64,000 nt of DNA, from the NCBI GenBank assembly GCA_963803435.1, contig CAWDML010000009.1, positions 1,753,510-1,817,509 of the forward strand. The letters are read 5' to 3'. The notes beneath the pieces are model-generated. The model saw only the letters and a list, made by a program, of their open reading frames with translations, was not told the origin of the DNA and did no database searches. This DNA comes from an uncultured delta proteobacterium (lineage in GTDB: Bacteria > Myxococcota > Kuafuiibacteriia > Kuafuiibacteriales > Kuafuiibacteriaceae). The position numbers and the translations under genes are program-made. This document shows positions 37,543-46,787 of the stretch, in pieces. The first letter of the stretch is position 1, and each line of letters begins with the position of its first letter.

Positions 37543-39045
37543 TCAGAAGTTGTAGCCGAGCGACGCGTTGATGAACATGTTCCCGGCGCCCGAGCCGCTG
37601 GCGCCCGAGAGGGCCTCGGGACCGCGGAGGAACCAGAACGGGTCGATCTGCATGTCCAGGAAGAAGCCCTCGTAGTGCGCCGCAAACCCGAGGAAGTAGT
37701 CGAAGAACGGCTCATCGCGGGTGACGTCGTTGAGCCGGTTGTTGTCGGCCGAGTTGTCGTCGATGTTGTCCTGGGTGACCTTGTCGGCCCGGATGTACTT
37801 CACGACGCCGCCGCGGAAATCCAGCCAGGAGAAGACCCGAGCCTCCAACGCCAGCCGGATGTACGGCGTCGCGTTGGAGGAGACCGAGTTCCGGGCAAAC
37901 TCGAGCTGCTGATCCCGCACCAGCCCCGCGTCGGGCGCGTCGGCGATGTTGTTCTCGTACTGCTCGTACTGGTTCACCCACTGCAGGCCGACGGCGGCCC
38001 AGAAGTTGATCCACTCCGTGGGCTTGAAGTGGCCGGCGATGCCCACGTCGAGCACGAAGGCCTGGAACGCGACGTCAGTGATGAAGTAGCGCTCGCGGCC
38101 CACGTCGTCGTTGTACGTGAGCCCGGTGGCGTAGTTCGCCAGGTCGGCCGCGCTCAGGTGGAGGAAGCGGAGCGAGAAAACGGGCACCAGCTCCCACCAC
38201 TCGGTCAGCCCGATCATCGAGCGGGCGTCAAACGAGAGCTGGTAGCCGCCGCCGCCCTCGAGGAGGTCGCGGTCGTTGGGGAAGTAGGTGAGGTGGTAGA
38301 GCTTGAACCCGACCGCCGCGTCCAGCGCGAACGACTCGGAGGGCGTCAGCCCCGCCGACGCCAGCAGCCCCCACTCGGTGGTCTTGATCTCGTCGATCTT
38401 GCGGGCCTCGACGCCGCCGCTCAGGTCCGCCGGGACCTGCGGATCGTTGTCGTTCGGGTGGCGGATGTACTTCGACGAGCCGAACTCGAAGTGCAGGCCG
38501 AGCTGCAGGAGGTCCGCCAGGTTGTAGGCCCCGAACAGGTCGAACTTGCGGTTCGACGATCCGGGCGCGTCGGGCGTGACGTCGGTGAGCCAGGGGAACG
38601 CGCTCGGATCGCCCTGCGAGGAGGCCGCCAGCAGGTTGAGGAACGACGGCACCGTCGGGTCCTCGTAGTCCGACAGGTGCGCCGAGATGAAGATGTCGTC
38701 GGTGAGCCCGAGGATCACGCCGCCGCCGGCGGTGCTCTGCACCTGCACCAGGTCCACCAGGTCCAGCGTCTGCCCCGCCGGACCCGCCGCCTGACGCTCG
38801 GATCCGGGCGCCGAGAACAACCGCGAGGGATTGCTCCCGAAGAGCTCCACGTAGAAGAGGCTCTTGTACTTGGTGATCATGTGCGGATAGAGCCAGCGGT
38901 TGGTGTCGTCGATGATGAAGCGGTTCATCGCGCCCAGCGTGTAGACCCGCGTGGTGGTCGCCCCGGCCGTCTTCGGGACGGTGGCGGCGCCCAGCGCCAG
39001 CACCAAGACCGCTCCCAATCCCCGCATTCTCGACCGAGCTCCCAT
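37543..39045 (-). CDS. Putative outer-membrane beta-barrel protein (start 39045 or 39027)
   Basis: Signal peptide, alternating amphipathic strands, C-terminal beta-signal ASLGYNF. Confidence 0.7.
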   Translation of the reverse strand: MGARSRMRGLGAVLVLALGAATVPKTAGATTTRVYTLGAMNRFIIDDTNRWLYPHMITKYKSLFYVELFGSNPSRLFSAPGSERQAAGPAGQTLDLVDLVQVQSTAGGGVILGLTDDIFISAHLSDYEDPTVPSFLNLLAASSQGDPSAFPWLTDVTPDAPGSSNRKFDLFGAYNLADLLQLGLHFEFGSSKYIRHPNDNDPQVPADLSGGVEARKIDEIKTTEWGLLASAGLTPSESFALDAAVGFKLYHLTYFPNDRDLLEGGGGYQLSFDARSMIGLTEWWELVPVFSLRFLHLSAADLANYATGLTYNDDVGRERYFITDVAFQAFVLDVGIAGHFKPTEWINFWAAVGLQWVNQYEQYENNIADAPDAGLVRDQQLEFARNSVSSNATPYIRLALEARVFSWLDFRGGVVKYIRADKVTQDNIDDNSADNNRLNDVTRDEPFFDYFLGFAAHYEGFFLDMQIDPFWFLRGPEALSGASGSGAGNMFINASLGYNF

Positions 39046-39141
39046 CAACAACCTCCCTGAACGCGGGCGCGACCTAACACGTCCATGTGCCGCACTCAAC
39101 CGTCACCTCCTACGGTGGGTGCGCTCACTTCTTCCCTCACA

Positions 39142-41733
39142 TCAGAACAGGAGGAACGACTGTGCGAAGTCGATGTAGATCGCCGGCGAGCCGACCTTGA
39201 AGCGGCCGTCGTCCAGGTCCACCAGCGGGACCGCGACATCGATCGCCATGATCCCGGGGCGGACGCCGAAATAGTCGATATAGAAGCGCAGGCCGTAGCC
39301 CACGTCGCCGATCACCGGCCCGCCGGTGACGTCGTGGAAGGAGTCCCCGATGACCGCCGCATCGGCGTAGAGCGCGCCGTCGATCCCGGTCATCCACACC
39401 AGCTCCAGGAAGTCGGCGTTCTCGTTCGTCACCAGGGGATGGACCCACTCGACGCTGGCGATCCCGCGCAGCCGGCCCTCGCCCTTGCCCACCTGGTAGC
39501 CCCGGACGTTCCGCCGGCCGCCCAGCGAGTACAGGAGCTGCTCGCGGGGGCGGCCGTACAGATAGGCCCCCACCGAGGCCCGAAATGAGAGCTGGTGCGC
39601 AGCCGCGATCCGGAGCGACTCGAGGAACCGGGCCGTCACCGCCACCGCGTCGCTGGTCGCGCTCGGATCGCCGGTCTCCCCGAAGACGTGGCTGTAGTCC
39701 ACCGCCAGCCGGAGCGCCGTCCCGCCCTCGGGCGCCCAGACCGTCCGCCGATCGTCATACCCGTAGTAGAGCGATCCCGAGAGCGCGAACGCGCCCTCGG
39801 AGGCCTCGGTGAAGCCGGGCCGCAGGTAGTCCCCGGAGACGTTGAGCCCGATCCACTGCGACAGCTGATCCGGCGTGATCACCGATCCGAAGTACCGCGT
39901 CCCCCGCCCCGACAGGGACACGCTCGCCGGGGAGAAGCCGCCCTGGACGGCGAAGCGCCAGTCGACGTCGTGGACACGGGAGAAGCCCACGTCGACCGCG
40001 GTGTCGATCTGACCGGCGCTCGCCGCCAGCAGCACGTTGAAGTTGTTGAGCAGGACGCGCCACCCCGGCGAGGTGGCGTTGTCCAGCTTCGGCGAGGGCA
40101 CCTCCGCCGAGGGGGCCTCCGCCAGCCGTCCGTACGGATCGAGCGTGACCTCGCTGAGCGGCGCCGCCAGCGTCGCGGTCACCGTGCGGACCGCGTCGGT
40201 GGTCGGCCCGGCCCACACGATCCGCTCCGCGCCCTCCTCGTCCTCGAGCTCGACCTGGACCGGCTCGGCGATCGCCGCGCCCGTCCGCTCAATCGTCACC
40301 TCCGCCCGCCAGCAGCCCTCGCCGCAGGGCCGGCTCGTGTGCGGGCCGAGCAGGTACTGGACCGCCGGATACGGCCCCAGCCAGGTGGCGAGGAAGGCGT
40401 CGGTCTCCTTCCCCAGCTGCGCCCGGATCGCGGCGAACAGCGAGGTGGAGAGCGCCTCCTCGAACACGCGATCGGTCCTTGCCTTCCCCAGCCGATCGAG
40501 CAGCTTCTCGTAGATCACCTTCCCGCGCGGCCGCGGATCCGGAAAGTCGATCAGGTTCGGGTGCAGCGGATCCTCCTCCTTGATCACGCGGAAGTACGCG
40601 TTCACGAACGGCAGCTCGGGCGCATACAGCATCGAGTCCACGGCCGGGATGAACGACCAGAGCGACAGCACGTCGAAGGCATCCTCGGCCCGTCCCACGC
40701 GGGAGGCCACGTACCGATCCAGCAGCCAGGCGCCGGCCGCGTCCGCGGTGATGTGCTCCGGCGCCGCGAGCCGGCGGCGCAGCATCAAGGTGGTGAACAG
40801 CTCGCGCAGCACCGGAAAGCGATGGAAGCGGAAGAAGCGATCGAAGGGGAACAGGCGGAACGCCCGATCCGAGATCAAAAGCGGTCCCTCCGTCGCATAC
40901 GCGATGTCGTGCCGGAGCGGCGCCTCGACCACCAAAAGCGGCGCCCCCGGCTCGGGGAGCGGCCGCCGCTCCTCCACCAGGAACCGGAGCGCGTCCGCCA
41001 GCGTCTCGATCACCTGCTCGGCCCGGCGCCGCTCGGCGTCGGTCGGCGGCGGCCGGCGCACGAACAGGATCCGGCCATCGATCGATCGGCTGGTCACGAA
41101 CTCCGGCAGCACCACCAGCGCCAGCGAGAACGCGTCCTCCTCGACGTGCTCCAGCGTCCTCCGCTCCGACGTCGGGATCGGCGGGAAGTAGCGGCGCCCG
41201 ATCACCGCGCCCATCGAACGCGGGATCGTCAGCGACAGCGCGCGGCGGCCCTTGGCCGGCGGCGTCCCCTCGCGCGCGATCAGCGGCAGCCAGCCGCCGC
41301 CCAGCGTGACCTGGCGGCCGATCCGTCCCAGCGGGCCGTACTTCTCGGGGACCTGGAGCGTCGCCTCGATCTCGATCGCCACCGCGCGATGCGCCGCGAA
41401 GTGCCCGCCGCAGGTGAGCAGGCGGGCGCCGCTCTCCATCACGCCGGCGATGGGGGTGCAGGCCTGTCCGTCGATCCGGATCGCGACGCCCTCGAAGCCG
41501 CCCGGATCGAAGCCGCGGGGGTACTGCTCGCGCTCGTCGGAGGGGAGGAGCTCGGGCTGCGTCCGGTACCGATCCGCCGGCAGGACCACGGTGACCGAGT
41601 CCCGATCCGCGTCCGGGGTGTAGCGATAGCGGACGCGGATCGACGCCGTCTCCAGATCGTCCGGCACGCCCACCTCGATCGACGCGTCGGCGCGATCGGC
41701 GGCGATCGCCAGTGAGAGGATCGGAATGAGCAT
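39142..41733 (-). CDS. Omp85/BamA-TamA-type barrel with a large N-terminal M1-aminopeptidase-like domain
   Basis: C-terminal YDDRR...PEGG, LGGRRNVRGY, DVGYGLR and terminal F are Omp85 features. The N-terminal ~550 aa has no POTRA look. Confidence 0.6.
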   Translation of the reverse strand: MLIPILSLAIAADRADASIEVGVPDDLETASIRVRYRYTPDADRDSVTVVLPADRYRTQPELLPSDEREQYPRGFDPGGFEGVAIRIDGQACTPIAGVMESGARLLTCGGHFAAHRAVAIEIEATLQVPEKYGPLGRIGRQVTLGGGWLPLIAREGTPPAKGRRALSLTIPRSMGAVIGRRYFPPIPTSERRTLEHVEEDAFSLALVVLPEFVTSRSIDGRILFVRRPPPTDAERRRAEQVIETLADALRFLVEERRPLPEPGAPLLVVEAPLRHDIAYATEGPLLISDRAFRLFPFDRFFRFHRFPVLRELFTTLMLRRRLAAPEHITADAAGAWLLDRYVASRVGRAEDAFDVLSLWSFIPAVDSMLYAPELPFVNAYFRVIKEEDPLHPNLIDFPDPRPRGKVIYEKLLDRLGKARTDRVFEEALSTSLFAAIRAQLGKETDAFLATWLGPYPAVQYLLGPHTSRPCGEGCWRAEVTIERTGAAIAEPVQVELEDEEGAERIVWAGPTTDAVRTVTATLAAPLSEVTLDPYGRLAEAPSAEVPSPKLDNATSPGWRVLLNNFNVLLAASAGQIDTAVDVGFSRVHDVDWRFAVQGGFSPASVSLSGRGTRYFGSVITPDQLSQWIGLNVSGDYLRPGFTEASEGAFALSGSLYYGYDDRRTVWAPEGGTALRLAVDYSHVFGETGDPSATSDAVAVTARFLESLRIAAAHQLSFRASVGAYLYGRPREQLLYSLGGRRNVRGYQVGKGEGRLRGIASVEWVHPLVTNENADFLELVWMTGIDGALYADAAVIGDSFHDVTGGPVIGDVGYGLRFYIDYFGVRPGIMAIDVAVPLVDLDDGRFKVGSPAIYIDFAQSFLLF

Positions 41734-41737
41734 CGGC

Positions 41738-42313
41738 TCAACCTGGACCGAGCTGAACCACGTTGCCGAACCGTCGCATCGCCTCGACGCCCACCTGAGT
41801 CATCTCTTTTTCGTTGAGCTTGGCCGAGATCGGCGCGGCCAGCATGGGGACGAGCCGGCCGAGGGTGCCCAGGCCGTGCTTGATCGCCAGCGCCTTGGCC
41901 AGCGATCCCAGGACGCGGGGCCCGGCCTGGACCAGGTCCTCGATCCCGTGGACCCGCCCCAGGATGTAGAGGACGGCGTCCTCACCCTGCTCGCCGTCGA
42001 GGGGAAACTGGTAGGACTCCGCCACCGAGACGATCAACGCCAGCTGGAAGTAGGCGAAGAGGATCAGGTTGACCGGAACGCCCAGCACGCCGAGGGCGCC
42101 GGTGATGCCGCCCTCGACGGTGGCGACCTTGGTCCAGCGGTCGATGATGACGTTCGCGATCCGGTCGTTCGAGGCCGCCGGATCCCGCTGGCGGATGAGC
42201 TGGATGTGGAGCTGGGCGCGCTTCTGCTCCTGGACGATGAGATCGCGGAGATTCTTCCGCGCGACGTCTTTCACGCGGGTGCCGAACGGCCAGCCGATCG
42301 GGTTGTTGGCCAC
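41738..42313 (-). CDS. EcsC-family protein
   Basis: ATVEGGITGALGVLGVP, SVAESY, GRLVPMLAAPISAKLN. Confidence 0.65.
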   Translation of the reverse strand: MANNPIGWPFGTRVKDVARKNLRDLIVQEQKRAQLHIQLIRQRDPAASNDRIANVIIDRWTKVATVEGGITGALGVLGVPVNLILFAYFQLALIVSVAESYQFPLDGEQGEDAVLYILGRVHGIEDLVQAGPRVLGSLAKALAIKHGLGTLGRLVPMLAAPISAKLNEKEMTQVGVEAMRRFGNVVQLGPG

Positions 42314-42332
42314 CCGAGATTGATACCAGGCG

Positions 42333-43118
42333 CTATGCCGCCTGGCGAGCGAGCCTTTTCAACCGGCTCTTGATCTTGGCCTTCTTGCTGTAGACGGTGC
42401 TCACGCTGACGCCCATCTCCTCCGCGATCGCCTCGGGCTCCATCGCCTCGAGGAAGTAGAGCTCGACGAAGCGCTTGTCCCTTGCGGAAAACTTTGCGAG
42501 CGCGTGGTCCACGAAGCTCCGCTGCTGCCGATCCATCAGGGCCGAGTCCGGACCGTCGACCGGAGGCGCCACGCGCTCCAGATCGCTGTCGAGCATCGGG
42601 TCGAGGCGGCGCCGCCGCTCGCGGCGGAGATGATCGTGTGCGGTCGACGTGGCGATGACGCCGATCCAGCTCGACACGGAGCAGCCACCGTCCGTCTTGT
42701 AGAGGCGGAGCCGCCGGAAGTCGTGCGCGACCATGTTCATGCAGGCGTCGCCGAGGATGTCGCTGAGATCGTCGGCCTGGAGGCGCACACCCGAGCGGAG
42801 GCAGACCCGGGAGATGCACGCGATCATCAGGTTCCGGAAGCGCGCGTAGAACACCGACCAGGCCACGTCCTCGCCGGTCATCACGTGGCGGAGCAGGACG
42901 AGATCGTCCTGGCCCTCGAGCTCGGCCTTGAGCGCGCGGCGCTGCTTGGCCTGCGAGACCTTCTCGCTCTTTCCGCGCAGCTCGCTGCGGCCGGCGCGGC
43001 GCGGGCTCTGGAGCAGGTCGTCGCCCGCTTCGCGACGGAGCGACCAGGCCGGAACCCGGAACTGCTCGACGACAGGTAGAGTATGGGGCGTCGCGGGAAC
43101 GGTGGTCGCGTTGATCAT
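42333..43118 (-). CDS. ECF-type sigma-70 factor with N-terminal extension
   Basis: AGGAGG RBS 6 nt before the ATG at 43118. Sigma2 (GEDVAWSVFYARF...SSWIGVIA...DHLRR) and sigma4 (EAIAEEMGVSVSTVYSKKAK). Confidence 0.88.
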   Translation of the reverse strand: MINATTVPATPHTLPVVEQFRVPAWSLRREAGDDLLQSPRRAGRSELRGKSEKVSQAKQRRALKAELEGQDDLVLLRHVMTGEDVAWSVFYARFRNLMIACISRVCLRSGVRLQADDLSDILGDACMNMVAHDFRRLRLYKTDGGCSVSSWIGVIATSTAHDHLRRERRRRLDPMLDSDLERVAPPVDGPDSALMDRQQRSFVDHALAKFSARDKRFVELYFLEAMEPEAIAEEMGVSVSTVYSKKAKIKSRLKRLARQAA

Positions 43119-43178
43119 CTGGGTCCTCCTGACGAAGTGGCGGACCGTCTCCTTCCAAGGGTTGGACCAACGCGGGGC

Positions 43179-43194
43179 AGCGATGCAGGTGCCC
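43179..43194 (-). promoter_or_regulatory. Candidate sigma54 -24/-12 promoter for the ECF gene
   Basis: Minus strand reads GGGCAC-CTGCA-TCGCT (GG-N10-GC spacing; consensus TGGCAC-N5-TTGCW), about 60 nt upstream of the ATG. Confidence 0.5.
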
Positions 43195-43246
43195 GCAACA
43201 AGAGCGGTTTCTGGGCGGTATGTGGGCTCCCGCACGATCGCCGAGA

Positions 43247-43465
43247 TCGGAAAAAAAGATCCGTCTCCGCGGCAGGATCGGCCGGGCCCGGGCGTATGTC
43301 TGGGTGGGGACGGGGCTGCGATGCCCTCTTCCCGCCGCTCCCGGGGCCTAGGACCTGTTTCGCCCAGAGCCGGATCTTTTTCTCCGAAAACCTCTGAGGC
43401 CGCATGCTACGGATAAATCGTAATTGTTACAGCTACTTGTGAATCATTCGGATCTCTTTTTCCGA
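43247..43465. promoter_or_regulatory. Three copies of a 17-bp dyad site CGGA-N8-TCCGA (43247-43263 inverted, 43371-43387, 43449-43465)
   Basis: CGGATCTTTTTTTCCGA (reverse complement), CGGATCTTTTTCTCCGA and CGGATCTCTTTTTCCGA. The last two each differ from the first at one position. Confidence 0.65.
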
Positions 43466-45301
43466 GTGTTCCACCCGATCCCGTGGGTCCGGAGCTTCGC
43501 GTCGAGGGTGACCCGCGAGATCCCGAGGGCGTCCGCCACCGCCGACTTCACGCCGCCGGTCCGGGCCATCGCCCGCAGGATCATCTCCCGCTCCACCTCG
43601 GCCACCGCCTCCGCCAGCGTGCCCGCGCGCTGGATCGCGGCGCGGGCCACCGCGCGCCCGGCGAGCAGATCGGCGGGCAGATCCTTGAGCCCGATCTCGT
43701 CCTCCTCGGACAGGATCACCAGCCGCTCGATCACGTTCGAGAGCTCGCGCACGTTGCCTGGCCATGCGTACCGCCCGAGCGCCTCGATCAGCTCAGGGGC
43801 CAGCCGCTTGTTCGGGAGCCCCGCGCTCCGCGCGCACTTGCCGAGGAAGTGCTCGGCGAGCGCGGGCACGTCCTCGAGCCGCTCCCGCAGCGGCGGCACC
43901 TTCAGGTGCACCACCTTCAGGCGGAAGTAGAGATCCTCGCGGAACGCCTGCTTCGCGATCATGTCCTCGAGGTTCCGTGAGGTCGCCGCGACGATCCGCA
44001 CGTCGATCTCGATGGGCCGCGTCCCACCGACGCGGAAGATCACCCGCTCCTGGAGCGCGCGCAGCAGCTTCACCTGCGTGGCGCGCGAGGTCTCGCCGAT
44101 CTCGTCGAGGAAGAGCGTGCCGTCCCCGGCCGCCTCGAACAGGCCCACCTTCTCCTGGTCCGCGCCGGTGAACGCGCCCTTCTCGTGGCCGAACAGCTCC
44201 GACTCCTGGAGGCTCTCGGGGAGCGCGCCGCAGTTCACCGCTACGAACGGTCCCTCACGGCGCGGGCTCTCGGCGTGGATCAGCGAGGCGAGCACCTCCT
44301 TGCCGGCGCCCGTCTCTCCGGTGAGGAGGACGGTCGTGTCCGACTCGGCCGCGCGCCGCGCCGCCTCCAGGCTCCGGACCATCGCGGCGCCACTGCCGAT
44401 CACCGCGGGGGCCTCGATGCGGTGCTCGGCCCGGGCGCGACGGCGGAGCGCGGCCAGCCCCTCGCTGGCCAGGAGCACCAGCGCCAGGCCGTTCGCCAGC
44501 GGGATCAGCGCCTCCAGATCAGCCGGGCCGTAGGCGTCCTTTCTCCGCCTGTCGAGGTGGACCATCCCGATCGCCCGGCCGTCGAGGACGAGCGGCGCCG
44601 CCAGGAGCGATCGGATCCCGCCGGCGAGCAGGCTGACGCCGCCCGAGAACGCCACGTCCTCGGCGGCGTCCGCGGAGACGATGCCCTCCCGCTGGGAGAG
44701 GACGCGATCGACGACCGTACGGCTCACCGTGATCGGACCCGCGCCGAAGCTCGCCACCACCCGGCGCCGCTTGCCCTTCTCCGCGGACAGCACGAACGCG
44801 CGCTCCGCGGCGAAGCGCTCGGCCACCACCGCGAGCGCGTCGCCGACCAGGCCGAGCGAGGCCCCGCTGGCGGCGCGGGCTACGATCTCGAGGATCACGC
44901 GCGCCTCGTCGCGCTCGCCCTCGTCGCCCCGGACCGGACGGGCGGCGGCGCTCTCGGGATCCTCACCGGCGATGATGACGTCGGCGCCGCGCTGGTTGGA
45001 CAGATAGTCGAGGGCCGGATTCGAACACGAAGGTGGCGGGCCCCGCGGCGATCACGTCGCCCGACGCCAGGCGCTCCGGCTTCCTGAGGCGCACGCCGTT
45101 GAGGAGCGTCCCGTTCTGGCCCCCCAGATCCTCGAGCTGAAACGCCCCGGCCGCCCGCCGGACGAGGAAGTGCTGGCGGCTGATCGCCTCGTCGAGGATC
45201 TGGATGTCCGATCCGGAGGCCCGCCCGGCGATCGTGACCTCGCGCTCGAGCGGATACCGGACGCCCGCCGTCCGCCCGGTGACCGCGAGGAGGACGCTCA
45301 C
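43444..45301 (-). CDS. FHA-GAF-sigma54 enhancer-binding protein (~618 aa after correcting a frameshift at ~45020)
   Basis: GTG overlaps the upstream stop. FHA (GRASGSDIQILDEAISRQH...GQNGT) joins the 43444..44898 ORF when one base is removed from 45018-45022. [28 protein letters not shown]. Confidence 0.88.
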
Positions 45302-46782
45302 TCGGGATCCTCGCCCTCCGGCAGCTCCTCCGGGGGCGGCGGGACGTCGGGCGTGGGATCGGGGGCCGGCTCGAGGACCGGCGCGGGCGGCGGCGGGGGC
45401 GGCTCGGGCTTGGGCGCGGGCGGACCGACGTGGCGCTCGTCGGGCGGCGTGACCGGCGCCTCCCCGAACTCGTAGCGGAAGCCGATCGCGGCGATGAACA
45501 CCAGGCCCTTCGCCTCGTAGCTCCCGATCGGATCCGAGGGCGAGATCTTCACCTCCTTGCGCGCCGGCAGGTAGAACAGCGAGCCCGCCAGATCGACGAT
45601 CAGCGGGTTGGCCAGCAGCTCGAACGGATCGCGGAAGCGGACGCCGAAGCCGACGCTGAACTCGTGCGTGGTGGCGTCGACGTAGTTCGTCCCCGAGGAC
45701 TGCATCGGCGCCGGGCTGGGCCGGATCCCGTAGCCGGCCCGGACCGCGAAGGGCCCCAGGCGCTGCTCGAGGCCGAACCGGGGCACCAGGACGTCGCGAA
45801 AGCCCAGGTCGACCGCGCGCTCCTGACCGGGGGCCGGGACGTCGAGGGCCTCGTCGAGCCCGGTGCCCTCGAAGAGGTCGCCGCCCACGTCGAGCGACGA
45901 GGCGGGCGAGGGATCGGGGGCGTGCGACCAGAGCGCGTAGAGGAGATCGGCGCTCACCAGCAGATCGATGTCCGGGATCTGGTAGCTGATCCCGAACGCG
46001 ATCTGGTGCGGCGTGTACTGCACCTTGAACGTAGTCATCACGTCGAGGTCGGCGATACCGGTGATCTGGAGCGCGACCGGCAGATCCACGTCGGCGGAGA
46101 TCGACGCACGGTACGAGGCGCCGATGCGCAGCCCGGTGAAGGGTCGCAGCTCCAGCCCGAAGATCGGCGCCGCCTTCGGCTCGATGTCGAACGTCACCGT
46201 CTTGCGGGAGAACCGGCCGGCCACCACGTCGAGCTCGTAGTCGAGATGACCGGTGACGCCCGCGAGGATCTGCACGCCGATCCCGGCCGAGATCCAGGGC
46301 CAGGGCGCGATCCCCAGCCCGAGCGAGGCCACCAGCCGCCGCGGCAGCGCCTGGAACATGTACCAGTGGGGAACCGCCGGATCGAGCGCCTGACCGTCGA
46401 GCAGCGAGCTGGTGGGGACGTTGATCGCGAGCCCGATCGCCGCCCGGTTCTGTCCGCGCGGCCCGCCGAACGGGAAGACGGTCCCGAACGTGACGCCGTC
46501 GGATCCCGGGGGCACGAGCTCGGCGACCGGGCGGTCCTCCTTCTCGAAGTCGAGCTGGAGGTGCGGGCGGCTCAGCATGAAGGCGAAGCCGAAGCTGGGG
46601 TCCTGCGCGATCGTGAGCGACGCCGGGTTGTAGTAGACCCCGGTGAAGTCGTCGGTGGCGACCGTCTGCGCGCTGCCCATCCCGCGGGCGCGCGGGTTGA
46701 AGCCGTAGAGGTCCCACGGGTTCGCCCACGCGGCCGAGGGCAGCGCGACGGCGATCGCGACGATGGTGGCCTGCGCGCGCAT
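45298..46782 (-). CDS. FadL/OmpP1-like outer-membrane transporter with Pro-rich tail
   Basis: Signal peptide, GFNPRARGMGSAQTVATDDFTGVYYNPASL (FadL N-terminal motif), RAGYGIRPSP. Confidence 0.8.
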   Translation of the reverse strand: MRAQATIVAIAVALPSAAWANPWDLYGFNPRARGMGSAQTVATDDFTGVYYNPASLTIAQDPSFGFAFMLSRPHLQLDFEKEDRPVAELVPPGSDGVTFGTVFPFGGPRGQNRAAIGLAINVPTSSLLDGQALDPAVPHWYMFQALPRRLVASLGLGIAPWPWISAGIGVQILAGVTGHLDYELDVVAGRFSRKTVTFDIEPKAAPIFGLELRPFTGLRIGASYRASISADVDLPVALQITGIADLDVMTTFKVQYTPHQIAFGISYQIPDIDLLVSADLLYALWSHAPDPSPASSLDVGGDLFEGTGLDEALDVPAPGQERAVDLGFRDVLVPRFGLEQRLGPFAVRAGYGIRPSPAPMQSSGTNYVDATTHEFSVGFGVRFRDPFELLANPLIVDLAGSLFYLPARKEVKISPSDPIGSYEAKGLVFIAAIGFRYEFGEAPVTPPDERHVGPPAPKPEPPPPPPAPVLEPAPDPTPDVPPPPEELPEGEDPE

Positions 46783-46787
46783 CACGG

